The notes under the pieces were generated by a model that saw only the letters and a list, made by a program, of their open reading frames with translations, was not told the origin of the DNA and searched no databases. The translations under genes and the position numbers were made by a program. This document shows, piece after piece, positions 16,539 through 24,910 of a DNA stretch of 64,000 bases. Every line of letters starts with the position of its first letter. The stretch's first letter is position 1. Origin of the DNA: an uncultured Christensenellaceae bacterium (lineage in GTDB: Bacteria; Bacillota; Clostridia; Christensenellales; Pumilibacteraceae); assembly GCA_910586925.1 (NCBI GenBank), contig CAJUKG010000010.1, positions 9,817-73,816 of the forward strand, written 5' to 3'.

Positions 16539-18428
16539 TTATTTACTGATAGCACCCTTCGGGCACTTGCTGATACACACGCCGCACTTGATACACTTCT
16601 TCGGGTCGATCGCGTGAATGGGTCTGCCGTTCGCCGCTTTCTCCTCCGTCGCGGAAATCGCGCCGACGGGACAGTTACGCGCGCAGAGCGTGCAACCGAT
16701 ACATTTGTCTTTGTCGACCTTGAAGCTGACGAGAGCTTTACATACGCCCGCAGGGCATTTGCCGTTGCAGTGCGCTTCGTACTCGTCGCGGAAATACCGC
16801 AGGGTGGAAAGCACGGGGTTGGGCGCAGTCTGACCCAAGCCGCAAAGCGAATTGTCTTTTATGTAATGGCAAAGCTCCTCCATTTTATCGAGGTCCTCGA
16901 GAGTCGCCTCGCCTTTCGTTACTTTGTCGAGCATTTCGAGCAGCCGCTTGTTGCCGATACGGCAGGGCGTGCACTTACCGCACGACTCGTCCACCGTGAA
17001 CTCGAGGAAGAACTTCGCTATGTCTACCATGCAGTTGTCCTCGTCCATGACGATAAGACCGCCGCTGCCCATCATCGAGCCGATAGCCATGAGGTTGTCA
17101 TAGTCGATAGGCGTGTCGATGAGCGATGCGGGAATACAACCGCCCGAAGGTCCGCCCGTCTGCGCCGCCTTGAACTTCTTGCCGTTGGGGCAACCGCCGC
17201 CGATGTCCTCGACGATAGTGCGGAGCGGAGTGCCCATCGGGATCTCCACAAGTCCGACGTTCTCGAGCTTGCCGCCGAGCGCGAACACCTTAGTGCCCTT
17301 GCTCTTTTCCGTTCCGACCGACGCGAACCAATCCGCGCCGTTAAGAATGATCTGCGTGATATTGCCGTACGTTTCGACGTTGTTGATGAGCGTCGGCTTA
17401 CCGAAGAAACCTTTCACCGCGGGGAACGGCGGACGCTGACGCGGCTCGCCGCGCTTGCCTTCCGCGGAGTTCAACAGAGCCGTCTCCTCGCCGCATACGA
17501 ACGCGCCCGCGCCCAAACGCAGTTCGAGGTCGAACTTCCTGCCAAGCCCCATCACGTTGTCGCCGAGTATGCCGTACTCGTGCGCCTGCTTGATCGCGAC
17601 TTCCAAACGGTGTACCGCGATCGGGTATTCCGCACGCACGTAAATGACGCCGTGCTCCGCGCCGACCGCATAGCCCGCTATCATCATCGCTTCGATGACG
17701 GCATGCGGATCGCCTTCGAGAAGGCTTCTGTCCATGAATGCGCCGGGGTCGCCCTCGTCCGCGTTACACGCGACGTACTTGACGTCGCCGGGCGCGTCGT
17801 GCGTAAACTGCCATTTCATGCCGGTCGAGAAGCCCGCGCCGCCTCTGCCGCGCAGTCCGCTCTTTTTGATTTCGTCGATAACCTGTTGCGGGGTCATGCT
17901 CGTGACCGCTTTTTCGTATGCCTTGTAGCCGTCGGTCGCGAGATATTCGTCGATATTCTCGGGGTCGATCACGCCGCAGTTGCGAAGCACGACACGGCGT
18001 TGGCTACGGTAGAAATCGGTATCGTTGATGCTCTTGAGCTGACCGTGAATGTCTTTCTCGGCGTGAAGAAGCCTTTCGACAGGCTTGCCGCCGACGATAT
18101 GCTGTTCGACGATCTCCGCGACGTCCTCGGGCTTGATATGCGTATAGAACGCGCCGTCGGGATATACGACCGCGATGGGACCTTTGGAGCAAAGCCCGAA
18201 GCAGCCCGTCATGATGAGCTGTACTTCTTGCGTCAGTCCGCGTTCTTCGAGTTCTTTCTTGAAGTTGTCGCGTATGATCTGACTGTTTCCGGACGTGCAA
18301 CCCGTGCCGCCGCAAACGAGTATGTGAAGCCGCGGTTGACCGGGCGTGACCGCCGCGCCTTCCTTGCGCTCTGCGATCGTCGCTTTAAGCCCTTCGCGAA
18401 TCTCTTGTAACTGCTGTAAAGTTTTCAT
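16539..18428 (-). CDS. hydB: HydB / NuoF-like flavoprotein subunit of the bifurcating hydrogenase (Trx-like 2Fe-2S + FMN/NADH + 4Fe-4S + 2x ferredoxin)
   Basis: Start at MKTLQQLQEI (ATG 18428, GAGGAG RBS). Motifs: GLRGRGGAGFSTGMKW, ACNADEGDPGAF, ESCGKCTPCR. The C-terminal end reads CIGCTLCARNCP...CIKCGVCISKCP. Confidence 0.9.
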   Translation of the reverse strand: MKTLQQLQEIREGLKATIAERKEGAAVTPGQPRLHILVCGGTGCTSGNSQIIRDNFKKELEERGLTQEVQLIMTGCFGLCSKGPIAVVYPDGAFYTHIKPEDVAEIVEQHIVGGKPVERLLHAEKDIHGQLKSINDTDFYRSQRRVVLRNCGVIDPENIDEYLATDGYKAYEKAVTSMTPQQVIDEIKKSGLRGRGGAGFSTGMKWQFTHDAPGDVKYVACNADEGDPGAFMDRSLLEGDPHAVIEAMMIAGYAVGAEHGVIYVRAEYPIAVHRLEVAIKQAHEYGILGDNVMGLGRKFDLELRLGAGAFVCGEETALLNSAEGKRGEPRQRPPFPAVKGFFGKPTLINNVETYGNITQIILNGADWFASVGTEKSKGTKVFALGGKLENVGLVEIPMGTPLRTIVEDIGGGCPNGKKFKAAQTGGPSGGCIPASLIDTPIDYDNLMAIGSMMGSGGLIVMDEDNCMVDIAKFFLEFTVDESCGKCTPCRIGNKRLLEMLDKVTKGEATLEDLDKMEELCHYIKDNSLCGLGQTAPNPVLSTLRYFRDEYEAHCNGKCPAGVCKALVSFKVDKDKCIGCTLCARNCPVGAISATEEKAANGRPIHAIDPKKCIKCGVCISKCPKGAISK

Positions 18429-18509
18429 ATGGTTCTCCTCGAAATTTAGAGAGTAATCGCAACGCAACGCGTGCGCAATCGTCATGCCGCACGCACTGTC
18501 GACTGCTTA

Positions 18510-18974
18510 TTACGCGTTGTTATACTTCGACAGTATCTCGTCGACACTGTCCTCGGTCACTTTGCCGTACACCTCGCCGTTTACCGTGAGAACGGGCGCG
18601 AGTCCGCAGCAGCCTATGCAACGCGTCGCTTCGAGGGTAAACCTGCCGTCGGCGGTCGTGTGTCCCGGCTCGACGTCGAGGATACGCGCGAACTTGTCTA
18701 TAACGCCGCCGCTACCCTTGACGTAGCACGCCGTGCCCAAGCATACCGCGATCTTGATCTGACCCGGTTGCTCGAGTCGGAATTGCGCATAGAACGTAGC
18801 AATGCCGTACACCGTCGCGAGCGGCACGTCGAAGAAGTCGGCGATCTTGAGTTGCACTTCCATCGGCAGGTATCCGTAAATATCCTGCGCTTTTTGCATC
18901 GCTATCATGACGGGACCCTGAACGTCTTTCAGACTTTCGAGCACCGCGTCAAACTGCTTGTCCTGTTCGGTCAT
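18510..18974 (-). CDS. hydC: HydC / NuoE-like thioredoxin-fold 2Fe-2S subunit
   Basis: Start at MTEQDKQF (ATG 18974, AAGGAG RBS). Motifs: ...CLGTACYVKG...CIGCCGLAPV.... Confidence 0.88.
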   Translation of the reverse strand: MTEQDKQFDAVLESLKDVQGPVMIAMQKAQDIYGYLPMEVQLKIADFFDVPLATVYGIATFYAQFRLEQPGQIKIAVCLGTACYVKGSGGVIDKFARILDVEPGHTTADGRFTLEATRCIGCCGLAPVLTVNGEVYGKVTEDSVDEILSKYNNA

Positions 18975-19017
18975 TGGTGTAAACTCCTTATGTTGTAATA
19001 TTTGCCGCACTTATATA

Positions 19018-19075
19018 CACTATATATAGTGCGCACACAAAATTCCTTACGTATAGCTTATAGTTTCCTATACGT
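19018..19075. promoter_or_regulatory. Palindromes in the hydCBA leader: CACTATATATAGTG (19018..19031) and ACGTATAG-11 nt-CTATACGT (19049..19075)
   Basis: These are perfect inverted repeats lying between the predicted promoter and the hydC RBS. They may be an operator or an RNA hairpin, but are not assignable. I saw no Rex-like TTGTGAA..TTCACAA site. Confidence 0.35.
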
Positions 19076-19079
19076 ACAT

Positions 19080-19108
19080 ATAATAACATATTTCTCGCTA
19101 TATTTCAA
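19080..19108 (-). promoter_or_regulatory. Putative promoter of hydCBA
   Basis: Minus strand: TTGAAA (19108..19103), 17 nt spacer, TATTAT (19085..19080). It lies about 105 nt upstream of the hydC ATG. Confidence 0.4.
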
Positions 19109-19133
19109 GCGGTATAAGACAAAATAATGTAAA

Positions 19134-19149
19134 GTTCGCCATTGCGAAC
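19134..19149 (-). terminator. Hairpin after the 19184..19900 gene
   Basis: GTTCGC-aatg-GCGAAC on the minus strand, followed by TTTACATTATTTTG. The stem is short. Confidence 0.35.
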
Positions 19150-19183
19150 TCACTTTGCCGCATTTTGTAATTATCCGTCGCCG

Positions 19184-19900
19184 CTACCCCGCCGTGTGCA
19201 GTGCGCGCACCGTTTCCGCAATCGCTCGCACCTGCACGTAACGTATATACGCGAGCGGCGCGGTTTTATCGGGACACGAGTATTCGCCCGCCGCATACAG
19301 TGCGGACTTAAGATTCGGCATGCCCGCGCTCTCCGCGACCGCGCACAACCGCGCGCATGCGGAAGCCGTCGCATGTTCCGCTTGCGCTTCGGTAATATTG
19401 CCGCGCTGAAGCTCATCGGCGGTCCGCCCCACGACGTCGAACCATTCACCCGTCAGATACGCGACGGCGGCAACGCTGTTTTCGTCCGCATCTTTCGGAA
19501 CGGAAACGTCGATCCCGAAATACGTCGCTCCGTCGTTGACGGAAGCGAGTGCGCGCGCATCGGCTTCGCTCGAGTACACGGCAGCTATTATCCTGTACTC
19601 GCCGTCGTTGTATATGTAGCCCGCCCCGCCCCGCGACGTCGTTTCCTGCGCGGCAAGCAGTGCGGTGTCGCGAACGGAATAACTGCCCGTGGACAGAAAA
19701 TAGAACGTCTTGCCGCCGAACGCGCCGACAGCCGCCGTGCCGCCCGTGATCTTAGGCAAAAACACGACAAGCAAACATATGGCGGCGGTCAGAACGAGAA
19801 GCACCGCAATAAGCAATCCCGCCGCGCGCTTGCCCTTGCCGCTCCCGCCGCCCCGACTGCGACGGCGCACGAAATACGCACCCGAACCCGACTCGTTCAT
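19184..19900 (-). CDS. Membrane-anchored hypothetical protein (N-terminal TM; possible SPOR-like fold)
   Basis: MNESGSGAYFVRRRSRGGGSGKGKRAAGLLIAVLLVLTAAICLLVVFL (basic stretch plus TM), then ...GAGYIYNDGEYRIIAAVYSSEADARALA..., which resembles SPOR repeats. The family call is tentative. Confidence 0.55.
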   Translation of the reverse strand: MNESGSGAYFVRRRSRGGGSGKGKRAAGLLIAVLLVLTAAICLLVVFLPKITGGTAAVGAFGGKTFYFLSTGSYSVRDTALLAAQETTSRGGAGYIYNDGEYRIIAAVYSSEADARALASVNDGATYFGIDVSVPKDADENSVAAVAYLTGEWFDVVGRTADELQRGNITEAQAEHATASACARLCAVAESAGMPNLKSALYAAGEYSCPDKTAPLAYIRYVQVRAIAETVRALHTAG

Positions 19901-19939
19901 GAGAATACCCGTGCCGAAATTTGACGCAATTTATCCATA

Positions 19940-19955
19940 TAGCATATATATGCTA
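19940..19955. promoter_or_regulatory. Perfect 16-bp palindrome TAGCATATATATGCTA upstream of the 19184..19900 gene
   Basis: Seen directly. It lies 40-55 nt upstream of ATG 19900 and shares the ATATATA core with the hyd-leader palindrome. Confidence 0.35.
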
Positions 19956-20061
19956 ATCAAAATCAAAAATTACGAACGATCGGCAATTACAGACCTTATC
20001 GAGTTTTATCCGTGCGACGCGTTCGCGCAAACCGTCGCCGCCGCGCTCGCCGCCATACTCT

Positions 20062-20088
20062 AAAGGCGACCGAATATCGGTCGCCTTT
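20062..20088. terminator. Perfect hairpin terminator after the ThuA-like gene
   Basis: AAAGGCGACCG-aatat-CGGTCGCCTTT (11-bp stem), 14 nt past the stop at 20102. Confidence 0.6.
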
Positions 20089-20101
20089 ACGTGAATTTCC
20101 A

Positions 20102-21070
20102 TTACTTGTTTTTTTGCGTTTCGGCAAGTCCCGTTATCGCGTCGAGCATGAAACGGTTTTGTTCTTCTTTCTCGAAAGTGCTCGACTGTTTTTCGTACGT
20201 GTTGTAATCCTGAAGATTGTGACCCATATTCACGTAGATCATATTGTATTTGTCGTTCGACCAAGCCACGGGACAGAAGTTGGTGCGGTCGTCGGGATCG
20301 GCTTTATTGTAATTCCAAGTTTCGCCCGGTTTATCGCCGACGGGATAGCCGGACTTGTCGATGGAAAGCAGTATCGTGATATCGGGATTTTCCCGCAAAT
20401 CGTTCTCCCAATTATACCATTCGTTATACGCCGACATGAACGTTTCGGGAAGGTTCTGCGTGGAATAATGAACGCTCGTTTCCACTTTCAGCATGTTCCG
20501 CGTGGGATTCCAAGTGTTCTTCCAAAAATTGCCGCTGCCGAGAAACTCGTTGTGATACCAATTCTGCCACTCGTCCATGTTGTCGTTCATAGAAAAAGCG
20601 CACACGTGAAACCCCATCCATGCCCCGCCGTTTTCCATATAGTTTCTGAACGCCGTCCTCGCACTCTGACTGCCCGGGATATTGTTTAGGAACATGACCA
20701 AATCGTATTTCGACAGATATTCTTCAGTCATGGCGTTCCAATCGCCGTTGAATTCGTAAAGAAATCCGAGCTGTTTGCCCTGTTCGGGGAACCATTTATT
20801 CGCATCTTTTGCGAAATCGTTATGCGCGGGATCGCCGCCGTTCAGATCGCCGAACGCCACTATCTTGAAATCTGCACAGTCGGCGCAAATGCCGCCTTCA
20901 TGCCCGACGTGCTCGCTCTCCGCGCCGCAAGCGCAAACGCGCCAATGCTCGGACTCGCTGCGTCCCCATCCGTCCCACAAATGTTTGTGTTGCGGACGGG
21001 CGCACGCCGCCAAAGACAGTGCCGTTACAGCCGAAAGAACGACGCTTGCAAACTTGACCGATTTTCTCAT
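20102..21070 (-). CDS. Lipoprotein, ThuA-like (class-I glutamine-amidotransferase-like fold), tentative
   Basis: Start at MRKSVKFASVVLSAVTALSLAAC (ATG 21070, GGAG RBS), a signal peptide with an L-A-A-C lipobox. A Cys/His-rich insert follows, then ...MFLNNIPG...GGAWMGFHVCAF.... The family assignment is from memory. Confidence 0.6.
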   Translation of the reverse strand: MRKSVKFASVVLSAVTALSLAACARPQHKHLWDGWGRSESEHWRVCACGAESEHVGHEGGICADCADFKIVAFGDLNGGDPAHNDFAKDANKWFPEQGKQLGFLYEFNGDWNAMTEEYLSKYDLVMFLNNIPGSQSARTAFRNYMENGGAWMGFHVCAFSMNDNMDEWQNWYHNEFLGSGNFWKNTWNPTRNMLKVETSVHYSTQNLPETFMSAYNEWYNWENDLRENPDITILLSIDKSGYPVGDKPGETWNYNKADPDDRTNFCPVAWSNDKYNMIYVNMGHNLQDYNTYEKQSSTFEKEEQNRFMLDAITGLAETQKNK

Positions 21071-21103
21071 ATTTCTTCTCCGTATTGCTTTTATCGTGAC
21101 GCT

Positions 21104-21132
21104 ATTATATCGCGCCCGTTTGCAAAAGTCAA
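21104..21132 (-). promoter_or_regulatory. Putative promoter of the ThuA-like gene
   Basis: Minus strand: TTGACT (21132..21127), 17 nt spacer, TATAAT (21109..21104). Confidence 0.5.
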
Positions 21133-21214
21133 TACGGCTGTCGAATTTGAACGTAAATCTATCGAAAACGAACATATCGCCATCAATTCTTAATTCTCCG
21201 TTTTTTCGATCAAT

Positions 21215-21412
21215 AAAAAAATCCCGCCTGTGCCGCAGACTTAACCTATTATCAACCCGCGTATAGCAGGTGGGTCGGCTGACGCGGTCGTCTGTCTTCC
21301 CCTGCTTACTTGCGTAAAATTACTGAGGCCCGACATATCATCGCGTACGCGCCATCCCTTTTGATGATTGAGGTTATAAATGAGGTATCGTCTCGTACAC
21401 CGCAGGATGTAC
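21215..21412 (-). ncRNA. Candidate ~200-nt small RNA with its own promoter and T-run; identity unknown (6S-like rod is a hypothesis only)
   Basis: Minus-strand promoter: TTGATT (21445..21440), 17 nt spacer, TATAAT (21422..21417). The 3' end reads ...GGCACAGGCGGGATTTTTTT (T-run 21221..21215). The 5' ATCCTGC can pair with the 3' GCGGGAT, and there are further complementary segments (GGGATGGC..ACGCG with CGCGT..GCCGACCC). There is no credible ORF, and the downstream gene has a separate promoter. Confidence 0.35.
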
Positions 21413-21551
21413 TTATATTATATACCGCAACGCCGTTAAAATCAATGGGTATGTGAAAATTTTTTTATAAATATTTTCGCCGAACCTATTGACAACACCG
21501 ATATTTTGTGATATGTAACGCGCCGCAGGCTTGCTGCGAACGCGCTTTCGG

Positions 21552-23630
21552 TCAAAACCAAGCGGTACGGCTCTGCGGCGCGCTCATAAACCGCTTGCCG
21601 AGTTCGATGCGGTCCGCTTCGTCGAATTTCGTTTTGAGAATATGCTCGATATAGTAGTCGAGAAAGGTCATGAACTGTTTTTTGTCGCCTATTTTGTCCG
21701 CGAGCCGAATTTGAAGCGGTACAAGATCGGCGGCATTCGATTTATCCGCACCGATAAGTCCGAGTATACGCGTAGCGGGCACTATATAATTCCGTCCGAT
21801 CAGATACAGCGAAAGCTGCATCAAGAACTCGGCGTCGCCGCGCAACTGTTTTACGAGCTTGTCGAGTTCGTCCGCTTGCGAACTGTATTTTGTCAGATAC
21901 ACGCTGTATATCGCGCCGATATAATACGGACTGCGCTTCTTCCGCAAAATGCGCAACAATCCGCTGCAATGCTTTTTCTCGCTCGTTTCGTAACCTATCA
22001 TGACGGCGAGCGCGGCGTATCTGTCGTCCTGCTTGATATTCCTGTACAAGTACAGGTAATTTCTCGCGCACTCCGAAAAATTGCCGAGAATGAGCTGTGC
22101 TTCGGCGCACACGCTGTAGCCGTATTCGCTGTTCGGGCGCAGCTTTTTATACTCCTCGGCATACCGCGCCACGGCGTGATGTTCCTGCAACACCGACTCC
22201 ACGTCGATAAGAAGATACAGCGCGGGCATATATTCGGGATCTATCGAATGCGAGATCTCGGCGTTGTCGAGCGCGCTTCTGTACTTATGCTGTTTGAAGT
22301 CGATATATGCTTTGTAATACCAATACTGTTCGTACTGATCTTTGGCGGGGTGTTTTTCGAGCATGCCGTCCGCACGCTCGTAATCGCCGAGCGCGATAAG
22401 ACAGGACGCCGCGTCGAAGTAGTTTTCGTAAAGCCGAAACTCCGTCGCGAGCTTGCCGAACGCCTCCGCCGCACGCTCGTAATCGGTGACGGCGACGCAA
22501 CATTCGGCGTACTTGATATGCGCAACGGGATCGTCGGGGCGTGCCGCGCACATGGCTTGCGCCGCCGCAAGCGCGCTGTCCTCGCGCTTTAGCAGTCTGT
22601 ATAAGTCTATGAGCCGCACGTACGCGCCCGAATAAAAGCTGTCGCCGACGGCGAGCGCGGCGTTCATTAGCTCTATCGCCCGCTCGTACTCGCCGAGCGA
22701 GCACAGTATTTCGGCGGCATTGTCGTAAACGAACCAAGCGCGGTGCAATGCCGTGCCGTCCGTGACCGCGCCGCAACACTCGACCGCCGACATGTAATCG
22801 GACAGAGCGGCATCTGTATTGCCGTCGAGATGATACGCATACCCGCGCCGCGTATACGCGTTAAGCCTGTCCTCCGCCGTCACGGCGTGCGCGAGCGCGT
22901 GAGTCCACTGCGCGATATTGTTCTCGCGCTCCGACTTTGCGGGATCGTAATAATATGTCTGCTCGTCGCCCTCTATCTCGACGTCGACGAGCGAACCGTC
23001 GCGCGGCGGATACTCTATCATGCCGAAATCGGCTATCACGGCGACCGCGACGCCGTTCTCGTCGTACCCGACGTAACAACGGTACATGCCGTCGCCCCAG
23101 CCCGTAGAGAACACCGCATACTTATTCCCGTACAGTTCCACTTCCGTATGCGTTTGACCGTTCAGCACGATATGACCGTCGAGCGGATGCACGTCGTCTT
23201 TGATATGCGCTCTGTACTGCGCGTACCCGTCCTCGCCCGATATGCAACACACGCCCGATCCGATAGCGATCGCGCCCGCATCGGCATTTACCGCGAGCAG
23301 TCCGAGAACTTCTTTCTTGAACAGCGGTTTCCACACCGTCGCCCGCCCCTCGCCGAACCGCACGCCGCAGTACGCGACGCGCTCGCCGTCGTCGGTCATG
23401 CACCCGCAGTAGAACGGGAAACCGATAACGCCGCACTCTATATCGAACGGCTCGTAACCGTGCGCGGACGAATACGCGTCGAATACGACTATGCGCTGTC
23501 CCGCGAGCTGTATGAACGGCAATTCCGCATACGACAATTTAACCCCGCACACACAGCGCGAGGTCAAGACCTCGCCGAAATCAATCGGCGCGGTAAGTCT
23601 GTCTTTGGGGATTTTAACGGTGATCTTCAA
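21552..23630 (-). CDS. DUF4241-like N-terminal domain fused to a long TPR-repeat region
   Basis: ...GFPFYCGCMTDDGERVAYCGVRF...AVFSTGWGDGMYRCYVGYD... (DUF4241-type), then many 34-aa helical repeats (...AYTRRGYAYHLDGNTDAALSDYMSAVE..., ...LGEYERAIELMNAAL...). The track start at 23876 overlaps dapL, and no ATG lies before the domain. TTG 23630 is my best guess, so the start is uncertain. Confidence 0.7.
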   Translation of the reverse strand: MKITVKIPKDRLTAPIDFGEVLTSRCVCGVKLSYAELPFIQLAGQRIVVFDAYSSAHGYEPFDIECGVIGFPFYCGCMTDDGERVAYCGVRFGEGRATVWKPLFKKEVLGLLAVNADAGAIAIGSGVCCISGEDGYAQYRAHIKDDVHPLDGHIVLNGQTHTEVELYGNKYAVFSTGWGDGMYRCYVGYDENGVAVAVIADFGMIEYPPRDGSLVDVEIEGDEQTYYYDPAKSERENNIAQWTHALAHAVTAEDRLNAYTRRGYAYHLDGNTDAALSDYMSAVECCGAVTDGTALHRAWFVYDNAAEILCSLGEYERAIELMNAALAVGDSFYSGAYVRLIDLYRLLKREDSALAAAQAMCAARPDDPVAHIKYAECCVAVTDYERAAEAFGKLATEFRLYENYFDAASCLIALGDYERADGMLEKHPAKDQYEQYWYYKAYIDFKQHKYRSALDNAEISHSIDPEYMPALYLLIDVESVLQEHHAVARYAEEYKKLRPNSEYGYSVCAEAQLILGNFSECARNYLYLYRNIKQDDRYAALAVMIGYETSEKKHCSGLLRILRKKRSPYYIGAIYSVYLTKYSSQADELDKLVKQLRGDAEFLMQLSLYLIGRNYIVPATRILGLIGADKSNAADLVPLQIRLADKIGDKKQFMTFLDYYIEHILKTKFDEADRIELGKRFMSAPQSRTAWF

Positions 23631-23653
23631 TTTCGTAAAATGCGCGAATATTA

Positions 23654-24853
23654 TTATACGCGCGTAAATTTCTTGTCCGCGACGGTACGGAAATCTTTCC
23701 AGAACGACTCGAACCTGATCAACGCTTCGCGCGTTCTTTCTTCCGTATTGAACGCGGTGAGTCTGATCCAACCGTTCCCGTTGTTTCCGAACCCGCTGCC
23801 GGGAGTGCACACTATCCGCGCGCGCTTCAGAAGGTAGTCGAAAAACTCCCACGAATCGACGCCGCAATAGAACCACACGTACGGCGCGTTCACGCCGCCC
23901 ACGTACTCGATGCCGAGCGCGTCCAGCTTCGCCGTAATGAGTTTCGCGTTCGCCTTGTATGCGGCGACCATTTTTTTGGTGTCCTCGTACCCGCCGCGCA
24001 GCGCGCTTTCCGCCATGCGTTGCACGACGTACGACGTGCCGTTAAACTTGATAGCCTGACGGTGCAACCACATGCGGTTGAGCGGCGATTCCATGGGAAT
24101 GACTATCCAACCGCACCTGACGCCCGTAAACCCCGACATTTTCGAGAACGAGCAAAATTCCACCGCGCACTCGCGCGCGCCCGACACTTCGAATATGCTG
24201 TGCGCGATACCTTTCGTTTCTATAAACGCTTCGTATGCCGCGTCGTAAAGTATGACCGCGCCGCAATCGAGCGCGAAATCGACCCACGCTTTGAGCTGTT
24301 CGGCGGTGTACGCCGCGCCCGTCGGGTTGTTCGGCGAGCATAAGTATATTATGTCCGCTTTGCCGCGTTTGGGTGGCATGGCGAGAAATCCGTTTTCTTT
24401 CGTCGCGTCCGCATAGATTATCTTATGCCCCGCGAGCACGTTCGCATCGACATACGCGGGATATACAGGATCGGGAATGAGCACCGTATTATCAGCGTCG
24501 AACAGGTCGAGAAAGTTCCCTATCCCGTTCTTCGCGCCGTCGGTAACGAACACTTCGTCCGCATGCAGTTCGACTTTATGCTGTTTGTAATAATCGACTA
24601 TCGCGTTTTTCAAAAACGGATACCCGTCGTACGGACCGTACCCGCGAAACCCGCCGCGCGTACTCATATCGACAGCCGCCGACTTGCACGCATCTATTGT
24701 TTTAGCGGACAGCGGAAGGGTGACATCGCCTATGCCCAGACTGATAATATCCGACTGCGGGAATTCGGCGGTATACGCTTTGACGCGCCTGTCGATTTCT
24801 GCAAACAAGTAATTATCTTTCAGATTCTTAAAGTTGCGATTTAATTTCATCAC
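23654..24853 (-). CDS. dapL: LL-diaminopimelate aminotransferase
   Basis: MMKLNRNFKNLKDNYLFAEIDRRV..., SLGIGDV, SFSKMSGFTGVRCGW (PLP lysine), about 400 aa. This is typical DapL. Confidence 0.85.
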   Translation of the reverse strand: MMKLNRNFKNLKDNYLFAEIDRRVKAYTAEFPQSDIISLGIGDVTLPLSAKTIDACKSAAVDMSTRGGFRGYGPYDGYPFLKNAIVDYYKQHKVELHADEVFVTDGAKNGIGNFLDLFDADNTVLIPDPVYPAYVDANVLAGHKIIYADATKENGFLAMPPKRGKADIIYLCSPNNPTGAAYTAEQLKAWVDFALDCGAVILYDAAYEAFIETKGIAHSIFEVSGARECAVEFCSFSKMSGFTGVRCGWIVIPMESPLNRMWLHRQAIKFNGTSYVVQRMAESALRGGYEDTKKMVAAYKANAKLITAKLDALGIEYVGGVNAPYVWFYCGVDSWEFFDYLLKRARIVCTPGSGFGNNGNGWIRLTAFNTEERTREALIRFESFWKDFRTVADKKFTRV

Positions 24854-24910
24854 GTCACTCCTCTTTTATGTTTTTGCGCTTTGACTGTCGCAACGGTTTA
24901 TGCCCGTATG

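Noticed and set aside
19710-20063. A plus-strand ORF including a possible 37-aa peptide, MLIKIKNYERSAITDLIEFYPCDAFAQTVAAALAAIL
   Set aside because: The first two-thirds are antisense to the 19184..19900 gene. The short 3' part has no RBS and only weak promoter-like sequence, so it is not supportable.
21215-21412. Attempt to assign the candidate sRNA to a known class (SRP RNA, tmRNA, RNase P, T-box, or TPP/FMN/SAM/ZTP/cobalamin/ykkC/yybP riboswitches)
   Set aside because: None of the conserved core sequences I remember is present. The 6S-like idea rests only on size and hand-paired rod structure, so the class is left open.
23631-23876. The N-terminal 82 aa of track ORF 21552..23876
   Set aside because: It overlaps the 3' end of dapL in another frame and is Arg-rich. 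The real start must lie after 23654, but no ATG is available, so the start I give (TTG 23630) is only a guess.
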